From Pseudomonadota bacterium (GTDB taxonomy: Bacteria; Pseudomonadota; Gammaproteobacteria; Steroidobacterales; GCA-2729495): 64,000 bases of DNA. The stretch spans positions 1,961-65,960 of the forward strand of contig JAYZVL010000041.1 in NCBI GenBank assembly GCA_036155675.1, in the 5' to 3' direction. Under the pieces are notes generated by a model that was not told where the DNA came from, made no database searches, and saw only the letters and a program-made list of their open reading frames with translations. Numbering within the stretch: the first letter of the stretch is position 1; every line of letters begins with the position of its first letter. This document shows positions 30,174 to 40,046 of the stretch, piece after piece. The translations under genes were made by a program, and so were the position numbers.

Positions 30174-30969
30174 AAGGGTAAATCGACGTATACAGCCAAA
30201 ACCGGAAAGTAATCTAAAGCTAAAAATTAGGTTCTCTAGTTTTATTAGAGGAAGGATTATAAATTCTCTATCTATCTTCTTGCTCGTTTTAGGATTCTAC
30301 AAAGTCGCCGTATGGTTTATTGATAGACCGGTTGAAGTTGTGAAGGTTGAGGGAGATTTTTTGCGTGTTAGCTCACCACAGGTTGAAGCTGCTATGCGTG
30401 AATATCTTGATGAAAGTTTTCTTTCTGTTGATATCAAGCAATTACAAACTGAGATTGCGAAAATACCTTGGGTTAAAATTGCTATTGTAAGCCGGGCTTG
30501 GCCAGACACCTTGAAGGTTCTGGTTAAAGAAGAGGAAGTAGCAGCCCGTTGGGGTGATACCGGCTTGGTCAATACCTCAGGACAAGTTTTTGTTGAAAGT
30601 GCAACTCATATCCCTGCTGAATTGCCTAGATTAGATGGGCCAGAAGGTAGCTCGGAACAAATTGCTTTGCAGTTTTTTAAAATCCGTTCTCGCTTAGAGC
30701 AAGTTGGTTTAGTTGCCGTTTCGCTTAAGCAGGATCCTCGTGGAGCCCTAGAGTTAAAGATGAGTAATGGTATTAGCGTTAGATTTGGTGCAGTAAATCT
30801 TAACAATCGAATCGATCGTTTTTTTCTTGCAATTAATCGGGTTCTTTCTTCAATTGCTGAGCGTATAGACTATGTTGACATGCGATATACAAATGGATTC
30901 GCGATTGGTTGGAAAGTTCAAGGCCAAATAAAATTCAATGGTCTTAAGGAGAGAGATCCTCATGCCTAA
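30163..30969 (+). CDS. ftsQ: cell division protein FtsQ
   Basis: Single TM helix then a POTRA region (VVKVEGDFLRVSSPQVEAAM...IPWVKIAIVSRAWPDTLKV). Between ddl and ftsA. Confidence 0.8.
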   Translation: MYRKRVNRRIQPKPESNLKLKIRFSSFIRGRIINSLSIFLLVLGFYKVAVWFIDRPVEVVKVEGDFLRVSSPQVEAAMREYLDESFLSVDIKQLQTEIAKIPWVKIAIVSRAWPDTLKVLVKEEEVAARWGDTGLVNTSGQVFVESATHIPAELPRLDGPEGSSEQIALQFFKIRSRLEQVGLVAVSLKQDPRGALELKMSNGISVRFGAVNLNNRIDRFFLAINRVLSSIAERIDYVDMRYTNGFAIGWKVQGQIKFNGLKERDPHA

Positions 30970-32194
30970 TAAGCTCGAAAAAGAATTAATTGTGGCCCTT
31001 GATATCGGAACATCAAAGATTGTTGCAATTGTTGGTGAGGTGCAAGAAGACGGAGAGCTTGAAGTTATTGGTTTTGGGTCTCACCCATCTCGAGGTTTGA
31101 AGAAGGGAGTAGTTGTTAATATTGAATACACAGTTAACTCTATTCAAAGAGCTGTAGAAGAAGCAGAGCTGATGGCGGGTTGTGAAATTCAATCTGTTTA
31201 TACTGGTATTGCAGGAAGCCATATAAGAAGCTTAAATTCACATGGAATAGTTGGTATTCGTGACAATGAAGTTGGCGCCGGTGATGTTGAAAGAGTTATA
31301 GAGGCAGCGCGAGCTGTGCCTATTCCAGCTGATCAAAAAATTCTGCATGTTCTTCCGCAGGAATTTATTATTGATGGACAGGAAGGCATTCGTGATCCTA
31401 TTGGAATGAGTGGGGTTAGGTTAGAGGCAAGAGTTCACATGGTAACGGGCGCTGCTAGCGCTGCACAGAACATCATAAAGTGTGTCCAACGATGTGGGTT
31501 AGAGGTTGAAGATATCGTTTTGGAGCAACTCGCTTCTAGTTTTTCAGTACTAACTGATGATGAAAAGGAGCTTGGCGTATGCCTTGTTGATATTGGTGGT
31601 GGGACAACAGATATTGCTATTTTCCATGATGGGGCTATCAAGCATACTGCGGTTATTCCGATTGCTGGAGATCAGGTAACTAATGATATTGCTATTTCAT
31701 TGCGAACACCAACGCAATATGCCGAAGAAATCAAGATTAAATACGCTTGCGCTTTATCTCAATTGGCCAATCGAGATGACACCATTGAGGTCCCAAGTGT
31801 AGGAGATAGACCTCCTAGGCGCTTAGCTCGTCAAACGCTTGGTGAGGTAGTGGAACCGCGCTATGAAGAATTATTTACTCTTATTACTAATGAATTAAAA
31901 CGTAGTAATTTTGAAGATTTAATTGCAGCTGGTGTTGTATTAACCGGAGGTAGTTCAAAAATGGAAGGCGCTGTTGAGCTAGCAGAAGAAGTTTTTCATT
32001 TGCCAGTTCGATTGGGTTTACCACAGCATGTTAAAGGTTTAGGTGAAGTTGTCCGCAATCCAATTCATGCGACTGGTGTTGGTATTCTTATATACGCTAG
32101 AGATAGAGTAGAAAGAGGGGCCGATATCATGATCAGAGGCGGGTTTCGGGAAGTTTGGTTACGAATGAAATCCTGGTTACAGGGAGACAATTGA
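30962..32194 (+). CDS. ftsA: cell division protein FtsA
   Basis: Actin-fold motifs LDIGTSKIVAIVGE, VDIGGGTTDIAIF, VLTGGSSKMEG. ATG at 30962 (MPNKLEKE). Confidence 0.95.
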   Translation: MPNKLEKELIVALDIGTSKIVAIVGEVQEDGELEVIGFGSHPSRGLKKGVVVNIEYTVNSIQRAVEEAELMAGCEIQSVYTGIAGSHIRSLNSHGIVGIRDNEVGAGDVERVIEAARAVPIPADQKILHVLPQEFIIDGQEGIRDPIGMSGVRLEARVHMVTGAASAAQNIIKCVQRCGLEVEDIVLEQLASSFSVLTDDEKELGVCLVDIGGGTTDIAIFHDGAIKHTAVIPIAGDQVTNDIAISLRTPTQYAEEIKIKYACALSQLANRDDTIEVPSVGDRPPRRLARQTLGEVVEPRYEELFTLITNELKRSNFEDLIAAGVVLTGGSSKMEGAVELAEEVFHLPVRLGLPQHVKGLGEVVRNPIHATGVGILIYARDRVERGADIMIRGGFREVWLRMKSWLQGDN

Positions 32195-32209
32195 TCAAGG
32201 AGCGATACA

Positions 32210-33364
32210 ATGTTTGAACTCATGGATGCACATAGTCAGAGCGCAGTAATTAAGGTCATAGGAGTAGGCGGCGGCGGCGGGAATGCTGTTAAGCACATGT
32301 CGAATAGTGGTATTGAAGGAGTCGATTTTATTTGTGCTAATACAGATCGCCAGGCGCTTTTAAATGCAAATGTTAAACACACCTTACAGATTGGCTGCAA
32401 TATTACCAAAGGCCTTGGTGCAGGAGCGAATCCAGAAATTGGCTATCAAGCTGCTATGGAAGACCGCGATCGTATAGAAGAGCTTATTGCAGGCGCAGAT
32501 ATGCTTTTTATCTCAGCAGGATTGGGTGGTGGGACCGGCACAGGTGCAGCACCTGTTATTGCTCAAATTGCTAAGGAATTGAAGATTCTTACTGTTGCTA
32601 TAGTAACTAAACCATTTGTTATGGAGGGCGCTAAAAGACAGTCGATTGCTGATCAAGGAATTTTGGAGTTAGCTAAAAATGTTGATTCTTTAATTACTGT
32701 GCCTAACGAAAAATTACTCACTGTTCTTGGCGCCGAAACAACATTGGAAGATGGATTTAGGTCAGCTAACGAAATATTACAAGGTGCTGTTCAAGGTATT
32801 GCGGAACTTATTACTCGTCCAGGCGATATCAATCTTGATTTTGCCGATGTTCGAACGGTAATGTCTGAAATGGGTATGGCAATGATGGGTTCTGGAATAG
32901 CTAATGGTGAAGATAGAGCTCGCGAGGCTGCTGAGGCAGCAGTATCTAGCCCATTACTTGAGGATATAAATCTTGCTGGAGCTAATGGGATCCTAGTGAA
33001 TGTTACAGCAGGCACAGATCTTACACTTGGCGAATTCAATGAAATAGGTGAGATTGTTCGGGAATTTGCTTCAGATGAGGCTACTGTAGTAATCGGCACA
33101 GCGCTTAATTCAGAAATGAATAATACCGTTCGTGTAACAGTTGTTGCTACTGGGCTTGGTAGAGGATTAACTTTAGTTCAATCGCAACCAGAAGAAATTG
33201 ATACGGAAATTATTGCAACACAGCATGAATCAGATGAACCAGATTATGCTCAGTTTGAACGTCCACCAAAGCAAAGAAAAGTAGCTGGCGGAGATTTTAA
33301 TGACCCCCAGGAAGATCTTGATTTATTAGATATTCCTGCATTTTTGAGACGTCAGGCAGATTAG
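32210..33364 (+). CDS. ftsZ: cell division GTPase FtsZ
   Basis: GVGGGGGNAV, tubulin signature GLGGGTGTGAAPV, C-terminal peptide DIPAFLRRQAD. Confidence 0.97.
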   Translation: MFELMDAHSQSAVIKVIGVGGGGGNAVKHMSNSGIEGVDFICANTDRQALLNANVKHTLQIGCNITKGLGAGANPEIGYQAAMEDRDRIEELIAGADMLFISAGLGGGTGTGAAPVIAQIAKELKILTVAIVTKPFVMEGAKRQSIADQGILELAKNVDSLITVPNEKLLTVLGAETTLEDGFRSANEILQGAVQGIAELITRPGDINLDFADVRTVMSEMGMAMMGSGIANGEDRAREAAEAAVSSPLLEDINLAGANGILVNVTAGTDLTLGEFNEIGEIVREFASDEATVVIGTALNSEMNNTVRVTVVATGLGRGLTLVQSQPEEIDTEIIATQHESDEPDYAQFERPPKQRKVAGGDFNDPQEDLDLLDIPAFLRRQAD

Positions 33365-33542
33365 TCAAAACCTTTAATTTTCTTGCTATCAGCCTTTGGG
33401 CTATGATAAATTTCGCGCATTCATAGCCATTGGTTGTGCGCAAGATATTATTGAGATTGTAGTTATAGACAACCTCTAATTTTTTGAGCTGAAGCTATAT
33501 AAATTTAGGATAATTAAGCCGCAAGCGTTTTCTTGTGTCAGG

Positions 33543-34466
33543 ATGAATATGCTTAAACAAAGAACCTTGAAGAATGCGATTAGAGCTACCGGTGTAGGTC
33601 TTCATACCGGCCATAAGGTTTTCATGACCCTTAGACCAGCTGTAGAAAACACTGGAATCGTTTTTCGGCGGGTTGATTCTAACCCTCCCGTTGATATACC
33701 TGCTCATGCAGAGTTAGTTGGCGAAACATTACTTGGCACAACTCTTATTAAGGATAATACTAAGGTATCAACGGTAGAGCATTTATTGTCTGCTCTATCG
33801 GGACTTGGTATTGATAATGTTTATGTTGATTTAAGTGCTGATGAAGTCCCCATTATGGATGGCAGCGCGGCCCCTTTCGTTTTTCTTTTGCAGTCTGCAG
33901 GCATTACAGAACAAAATGCCCTAAAAAAGTTTATTCGTATTACTCAACCAATTAGAGTTGAAGACGGAGATAAGTGGGCTGAATTTCAACCTTATGATGG
34001 TTTTGGGATTACATTTCAAATTGATTTTGATCATCCTGTTTTTAAGTCACATCTTCAAACAGTCTCAATTGATTTTTCCACAACTTCATATTTAAGAGAG
34101 GTGAGCCGAGCTAGAACCTTTGGATTTCTTAGGGATATTGAAGCACTTAGATCAAACAGCCTAGCATTAGGCGGTAGCGTAAGTAATGCAATTGTTTTAG
34201 ACGATTTCCGAGTTTTAAATGAAGATGGTCTTCGCTACGAGGATGAGTTTGTCCGCCATAAAATTCTTGATGCAATTGGAGACTTGTATCTTGTTGGCGG
34301 AAGTTTATTGGGTAAATTTATAGGATATAAATCAGGACATGATTTGAATAATCAACTTGTTCGATCCCTCCTAAATCAAAAAAATGCTTGGGATGAAATA
34401 GTTTTTAAAGATAGTTCAAAAGCGCCTATTGCGTATCGTCCAGTTCCCACACTTTTAGAACTTTAA
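33543..34466 (+). CDS. lpxC: UDP-3-O-acyl-N-acetylglucosamine deacetylase LpxC
   Basis: [42 protein letters not shown]. Follows ftsZ, as in E. coli. Confidence 0.95.
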   Translation: MNMLKQRTLKNAIRATGVGLHTGHKVFMTLRPAVENTGIVFRRVDSNPPVDIPAHAELVGETLLGTTLIKDNTKVSTVEHLLSALSGLGIDNVYVDLSADEVPIMDGSAAPFVFLLQSAGITEQNALKKFIRITQPIRVEDGDKWAEFQPYDGFGITFQIDFDHPVFKSHLQTVSIDFSTTSYLREVSRARTFGFLRDIEALRSNSLALGGSVSNAIVLDDFRVLNEDGLRYEDEFVRHKILDAIGDLYLVGGSLLGKFIGYKSGHDLNNQLVRSLLNQKNAWDEIVFKDSSKAPIAYRPVPTLLEL

Positions 34467-34786
34467 GTTTCTTTTACTCGGAATTTAATTCGTTTCACTT
34501 TTGGTTCTTTTTTCTTACTTATTTCTAGTATTTTTGAATGATTAAATCTTAATTTAGATGCCCATTCTGTTGATGGCGTTAGAATTGTAATTGTATCTTC
34601 AGGGTTTATGTTGCAATGTGAGATTCCTTTGCTAATTGAGCTAGGTAGTTTTCTTAAAAGGTAATTATTGAGATTCTCTCGTCTTTTAGCCTCAATCGCT
34701 AATTTACCGAGGTTAGTTTGATTTTTACTAATCAGTTCAGATAGAGGTCTTGGTCCTGAAGGTATATTTTTGTATTTAGTTACCAA
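34463..34786 (-). CDS. DUF721 / DciA-like protein (putative replicative-helicase operator)
   Basis: 107 aa. Pattern [63 protein letters not shown]...VKRIKFRV fits my recollection of the DUF721 family. Sits in the lpxC-secA gap. Only a TTG start is available (no in-frame ATG). Confidence 0.5.
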   Translation of the reverse strand: MVTKYKNIPSGPRPLSELISKNQTNLGKLAIEAKRRENLNNYLLRKLPSSISKGISHCNINPEDTITILTPSTEWASKLRFNHSKILEISKKKEPKVKRIKFRVKET

Positions 34787-35027
34787 TTTATTAAATATTC
34801 ACTTGTTGTTATCAAATATAGTTTCTATTCTATTCAAACTTTCATTTTAACCTTTAATATACCGCTTAAGTTAATTAACCTAATTCTTTTTCACTTCATA
34901 TCACAGTAAAATAGATATTTTTAAACTACCGATGGCTATTTTGAATTCATTGCCCCAATGTCTAATAAAATTGGATATTAAGAGATTATCAATTTTTTCT
35001 CATTATAGTCTTCGGAAGGACTAAAGC

Positions 35028-37949
35028 ATGGCAAATTTCTTTACAAGAATATTTGGTAGCCGAAATGATAGATTAGTTCGAAGCTTCGGTAGAACTGTTG
35101 ATGCTATAAATAGCTATTCCAAAGCTTTCGAAAATTTTTCTGATCAGAAGATTTCTGCTATGACTGATCAGTTCAGAAAAAGACTATTAGATGGTGAATC
35201 TCTTGATGATCTACTGCCAGAAGTATTTGCATGCGTTAGAGAGGCTTCAAAAAGAACAATTGGTTTAAGGCATTTCGATGAACAATTAATTGGTGGGATT
35301 GTTTTACATCAAGGAAAGATCGCTGAAATGCGAACTGGTGAAGGTAAAACTTTAGTTGCGACTTTGCCAGCTTATTTGAATGCCCTTGAAAGTAATGTTC
35401 ACATAGTAACTGTTAATGAATATCTAGCTACTCGTGACTCAGATTGGATGGCACCGATATATAATTTTCTATGTATGACAGTTGGAGCGGTTAAGTCTGG
35501 TCAAGATAAACTAGAGAAGCAAAGAAATTATTCTTGTGACATCGTTTATGGAACTAACAATGAGTTTGGGTTTGATTATTTGCGGGATAATCTTGAGTAT
35601 CAAACTAAGGATCAATCTCAAGGTAGGCTAACTTTTTCTATAGTTGATGAAGTTGATTCGATTCTCATTGATGAAGCAAGAACCCCACTAATTATTTCTG
35701 GCCCATCAGAGGAAAATACCGAGCTCTATATTCGTATAAATAAATTTATTCATAAGCTGAAGTTGCGCACTGGCAACGAAAATTCTGCAAGAAATGGAGA
35801 GATAAAATCTCAGAAAGTTTTTGTTCGTGATCACGATGGAAATGATTTGGGTAAACTTGAAATTAATGATGCAATAGAGGCAGCTCAAAAGATTCAAATG
35901 GATTTAGTTGAGATAAATTCCAATTCCAGTCCTCCTGAATGTATCTTGGCTCCCCGAGGTGATTTCACAATTGATGAAAAGACCAAACAAGCTTATTTAA
36001 CTGAAGATGGGCATGATCGAGTAGAGCGGTTGTTAGAGAGTGAAGGCTTGCTTCTTTCTGGAACTAGTCTTTATGACGCAACCAATATTCGATTAATGCA
36101 CCATTTGACCGCTGCATTAAGAGCTCATTCATTATTTAAGCGTGACGTGGATTATATTATTAACAATGGCGAAATTGTTATCGTTGATGAATTCACGGGG
36201 AGAACAATGCCTGGTAGACGATGGTCTGATGGATTACATCAGGCTATCGAAGCTAAAGAGTCGGTCAATGTTAAAGAGGAAAACCAAACTATTGCATCTA
36301 TCACCTTCCAAAATTTTTTCCGGATGTATGACAAATTAGCCGGTATGACCGGCACTGCTGATACTGAGGCTTATGAATTTCAACAAATCTATGGACTTGA
36401 GGTTGTTGTAATTCCGACTCATAGAGTCATGATTAGAAAAGATCAGGCTGATCTTGTTTATCTAACTAAAAAAGATAAGTTCAGGGCAATTATCGATGAT
36501 ATTAAGGATTGCGTTGAGAAAGGCAGGCCAGTGCTTGTAGGCACTGCTTCAATCGATATGTCTGAGGAATTATCTAAAGAATTGAAAAAATTAAAACCAC
36601 CAATTAAACATAACGTTTTAAATGCCAAACAGCATGAACGTGAAGCATCAATTATTACTGAGGCTGGGATACCTGGAGCAGTTACTATTGCAACCAATAT
36701 GGCTGGTCGCGGAACAGATATTGTTCTTGGGGGAAACCTTGATGCTGAATTATCTAATTTACCAGAGGAAACTTCACCTAATGATATTAATCGGCATCGA
36801 GAGGCCTGGGAAGATCTTCATGAGAGAGTAATTCAAGCTGAGGGCTTACATATAATTGGAACTGAGCGTCATGAATCCAGAAGAATTGATAATCAGCTGA
36901 GAGGCCGTTCTGGGCGTCAGGGAGACCCTGGCTCAAGTAGATTCTATCTCTCAATGGAAGATAATTTAATGCGTATTTTTGGCGACCCAGAGCGGACCAA
37001 AAATTTGTTGTCACGTGTAGGCATGCAAGAAGGTGAGTCAATTGAATCAGGTTTATTAACCAAGCAGATTGAACGCGCTCAACGGAAGGTGGAGGCTCAT
37101 AACTTCGATATGCGCAAACAACTTCTGGAATACGATGATGTAGCAAATGATCAGCGTCAGGTGATATATCAGCAGCGAAATGAGCTAATGGAAGCTAATG
37201 ATATTGAAGATTCCGTCTTTGGTATTCGTAGAGAAGTTATAAATTCAATTATTGATGAATTTATTCCCCCTGAAAGCATGGAAGAGCAGTGGGATTTACA
37301 AGGGCTTGATAAGGTCATGGAAAGGGAATTTGGATTACGTCTTGATATTCAAGGTTGGGTTAATAGAGATGAGTTATTAAATGCGGAGGATATTGAAGAA
37401 GAGGTTATTGCTGAGCTTGAGAAGGATTATGAAAATAAATCCTTGAAGGTAGGTGCTGATATCATGCGACAAATAGAAAAGGAATATATGCTGAAGTTTC
37501 TAGATATGCATTGGCGTGAACATTTGGCAGCGCTTGATTATCTGCGTCAAGGTATTGGCCTAAGAAGTTTTGCGCAAAAAAACCCCAAACAAGAATACAA
37601 GCGCGAAGCTTTTGAAATGTTCAGTGATATGCTCGATAGAGTGAAGCGTGAATTGATTAGTTTTCTTACAAAGGTTCGTGTCCGCGGTGAGGAAGATATA
37701 AGGGCCGCTCAAGAAAGGGAAAATAGAAAAAATATTCAGTTTAAACATGCAGCTGCTTCCGCTATGAATACCTCTTCATCTTTAGTATCCAACTCAGCCG
37801 TTAATATTGATAATTCTTCTCAGAAAAAAAATTTGGCGGATCCCGCTAAACCATTTATCCGCGAGCAACCAAAAATTGGTCGGAATGAAAGATGCCATTG
37901 CGGTTCAGGAAAAAAATTTAAACATTGCCATGGAAAAATTTCGCAGTAA
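35028..37949 (+). CDS. secA: preprotein translocase ATPase SecA (973 aa, with an internal insertion)
   Basis: MRTGEGKTLVATLPAYLNAL (Walker A), DEVDSILIDEARTPLIISG, TNMAGRGTDIVLGG, ERHESRRIDNQLRGRSGRQGDPGSSRFYLS, C-terminal zinc finger CHCGSGKKFKHCHG. Confidence 0.97.
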   Translation: MANFFTRIFGSRNDRLVRSFGRTVDAINSYSKAFENFSDQKISAMTDQFRKRLLDGESLDDLLPEVFACVREASKRTIGLRHFDEQLIGGIVLHQGKIAEMRTGEGKTLVATLPAYLNALESNVHIVTVNEYLATRDSDWMAPIYNFLCMTVGAVKSGQDKLEKQRNYSCDIVYGTNNEFGFDYLRDNLEYQTKDQSQGRLTFSIVDEVDSILIDEARTPLIISGPSEENTELYIRINKFIHKLKLRTGNENSARNGEIKSQKVFVRDHDGNDLGKLEINDAIEAAQKIQMDLVEINSNSSPPECILAPRGDFTIDEKTKQAYLTEDGHDRVERLLESEGLLLSGTSLYDATNIRLMHHLTAALRAHSLFKRDVDYIINNGEIVIVDEFTGRTMPGRRWSDGLHQAIEAKESVNVKEENQTIASITFQNFFRMYDKLAGMTGTADTEAYEFQQIYGLEVVVIPTHRVMIRKDQADLVYLTKKDKFRAIIDDIKDCVEKGRPVLVGTASIDMSEELSKELKKLKPPIKHNVLNAKQHEREASIITEAGIPGAVTIATNMAGRGTDIVLGGNLDAELSNLPEETSPNDINRHREAWEDLHERVIQAEGLHIIGTERHESRRIDNQLRGRSGRQGDPGSSRFYLSMEDNLMRIFGDPERTKNLLSRVGMQEGESIESGLLTKQIERAQRKVEAHNFDMRKQLLEYDDVANDQRQVIYQQRNELMEANDIEDSVFGIRREVINSIIDEFIPPESMEEQWDLQGLDKVMEREFGLRLDIQGWVNRDELLNAEDIEEEVIAELEKDYENKSLKVGADIMRQIEKEYMLKFLDMHWREHLAALDYLRQGIGLRSFAQKNPKQEYKREAFEMFSDMLDRVKRELISFLTKVRVRGEEDIRAAQERENRKNIQFKHAAASAMNTSSSLVSNSAVNIDNSSQKKNLADPAKPFIREQPKIGRNERCHCGSGKKFKHCHGKISQ
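35790..35951 (+). other. IF3 N-terminal-domain-like segment inserted in the SecA preprotein-binding region (residues ~255-308)
   Basis: RNGEIKSQKVFVRDHDGNDLGKLEINDAIEAAQKIQMDLVEINSNSSPPECILA aligns ungapped with E. coli InfC [53 protein letters not shown] (recalled from memory). That gives 22/53 identities. E. coli and P. aeruginosa SecA have only ~15 residues at this point. Confidence 0.6.
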
Positions 37950-38446
37950 TGCCATCCGGTTTATTGCAGACTCCCGAGCTTAATGTTGCCGTTGGTGTTT
38001 TTCAAAACTCGTTAGGTGAAGTGCTCATAAGTCAGCGCTCCAAAGAAGTTTTTTCCCCAGGCGCTTGGGAATTTCCAGGGGGGAAATTAACTAAATTTGA
38101 AACCCCCCTGCAGGCTTTAAAAAGAGAATTGTATGAAGAGTTGGGGGTTTCTGTCCTCTATGTACGCTATTTATCTGATACACGATATGACTATGGCAAC
38201 TTTAGAGTTCGTTTATTTTCTTGGAGGGTATTGCATTGGGATGGATCAGTAAGGCCTCTTGAAAATCAAGTCCTTAAATGGATACCCCTAAAAAAATTAA
38301 AAGATCAGGGCTTGCTTGAAGCTGATATAAGTATCATCAATATCTTGAATAGAAAAAAGGTTTTAAATATAGATATTTACCCTAAATTGAGGAATTTTCT
38401 TAAATTGAATGATTTAGTAGAAAAATTAGGCTCAACAAACAGTTAA
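37949..38446 (+). CDS. mutT: 8-oxo-dGTP diphosphatase MutT (Nudix)
   Basis: Nudix box GAWEFPGGKLTKFETPLQALKRELYEELGV. TAATG overlap with the secA stop. secA-mutT adjacency as in E. coli. Confidence 0.8.
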   Translation: MPSGLLQTPELNVAVGVFQNSLGEVLISQRSKEVFSPGAWEFPGGKLTKFETPLQALKRELYEELGVSVLYVRYLSDTRYDYGNFRVRLFSWRVLHWDGSVRPLENQVLKWIPLKKLKDQGLLEADISIINILNRKKVLNIDIYPKLRNFLKLNDLVEKLGSTNS

Positions 38447-39235
38447 TTCAAAATTAACATCATCAATTGTTTGTGTTGGTCTTAATTCACCCTTTTCCCA
38501 CTTCATGAATCTAATAGAGAAACGATGATGCCCTCCACTAATTTCAGGATATAAACCTAAATCTATTGGTAAGCGTACTCGAACTAAAAGGCTCTGTATA
38601 TCTCTAGGCATTGAATGTTGAAAAACACCTTTAGTAGCAATTTGATTTATTGATTTTTTGCTATTACGGAGCAACCAGAGAAGACCTATAACACTTTCAC
38701 ATAGCGGTCTTACGGTTTCGATCCATAAGCCTATATCATTTGATCGTCGTTCGTAACTTTGACGTAGCCAATGAGAATATTCTGGTAAATCAAATGCACA
38801 AGTGCCCCCTGGAATACTACTACGGTGACGAATAGCATTTAAGAATTCATTGTCCCTTAAATCCTGAAGGTATTTTGGACCAACAGAAATTAGTTTTTGG
38901 TGAAGGAGTTTTAGATTTTCCAAAACCTCTTTCAAGCGAACTTCATCAATTTCATCAGTTTCTTGTAATCGGTCAAGTAAAAATATTTGTCTCTCGAGCT
39001 CCTTGAGCACATCACCGCGAATATCGCCACGCGATAAAATTGCTACGACATCAAGTAAGCTCGCTATCGAACCTCGGCTAGACCAACCAGATGATTGTTC
39101 GCCATGGTAACAAAGCTGGTCATATAAAAACTCTAAACGCAGGAAGGTTCTCATCCTCTCGTTTAAAGGTTGCTCGTACAAGAGTAACGTTTCTGAAGAA
39201 GTTTGTTGCGGTATGGCTTCAGCTGCCTGATTCAT
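38432..39235 (-). CDS. zapD: cell division protein ZapD (YacF)
   Basis: LLLYEQPLNERMRTFLRLEFLYDQL matches the ZapD N-terminus (E. coli FEHPLNEKMRTWLRIEFL). Downstream of coaE. Confidence 0.85.
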   Translation of the reverse strand: MNQAAEAIPQQTSSETLLLYEQPLNERMRTFLRLEFLYDQLCYHGEQSSGWSSRGSIASLLDVVAILSRGDIRGDVLKELERQIFLLDRLQETDEIDEVRLKEVLENLKLLHQKLISVGPKYLQDLRDNEFLNAIRHRSSIPGGTCAFDLPEYSHWLRQSYERRSNDIGLWIETVRPLCESVIGLLWLLRNSKKSINQIATKGVFQHSMPRDIQSLLVRVRLPIDLGLYPEISGGHHRFSIRFMKWEKGELRPTQTIDDVNFELTVC

Positions 39236-39331
39236 TTAGAGCAATTTCCAGATATATTTAATTGATTATTCTGCTTGAGACTGACGAGGACCGCAAATAT
39301 TCAATAATAAAATTATTTACCCATAAAATTT

Positions 39332-39991
39332 TTAGTTAGATTTGGCTATTTTGGCTTTATTTAACTCAATATAATACTGGTGAATTTGTTCGATTTTAAT
39401 GAATAGCTCTTCGATTGTTCCTGAATTATCAATCACATCATCAGCTAGTCTCATCCTTTTAGTAGGATCAATCTGATTGCCTATGCTTTTTTCCGCAAAG
39501 TCACTTTCTGTCTGATCGCGACTAATCAGCCTTACTTTTTGAGTTTTATTTGGGCAATCAATGACCAATATACGGTCAACCAATTTGTCAAAACCCGATT
39601 CAAAAAGAAGAGGGACTACAAATACAATGTATTTCCCCGTAATTGTTTTTGATTGATTTATTGCTACTGATTTAATAATCGGATGAAGTAATGATTCTAG
39701 GAGCGATTTTTCAGCTTCATTCTCAAAAATCCTTTTTCTTAATACCTTCCTATTTAAATTTCCATCTTTATCAAGCACCCCAAAACCGAATGCTTCTATA
39801 ATTCTTCTAAGTCCCTCTGAGTCTGGAGTGACAATATCCCTTGCTATTATATCTGTATCAATAATTCCAGCCCCAAGTGCTCTGAGACGATCTGAAGTTG
39901 TAGTTTTCCCACATGCTATTCCGCCCGTTAGCCCTATTCTTAAACGATATTGACTTAGGTTTTTATTATCTGGATTTGAATTAGAATACAT
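39332..39991 (-). CDS. coaE: dephospho-CoA kinase
   Basis: P-loop IGLTGGIACGKTT. Roughly 200-aa fold. Downstream of pilD, as in Pseudomonas. Confidence 0.9.
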   Translation of the reverse strand: MYSNSNPDNKNLSQYRLRIGLTGGIACGKTTTSDRLRALGAGIIDTDIIARDIVTPDSEGLRRIIEAFGFGVLDKDGNLNRKVLRKRIFENEAEKSLLESLLHPIIKSVAINQSKTITGKYIVFVVPLLFESGFDKLVDRILVIDCPNKTQKVRLISRDQTESDFAEKSIGNQIDPTKRMRLADDVIDNSGTIEELFIKIEQIHQYYIELNKAKIAKSN

Positions 39992-40046
39992 TTGATAGAT
40001 TAAATTAATTAAAGAAGTTTTAGATTATTTTATTTAGCAAGTTTGA

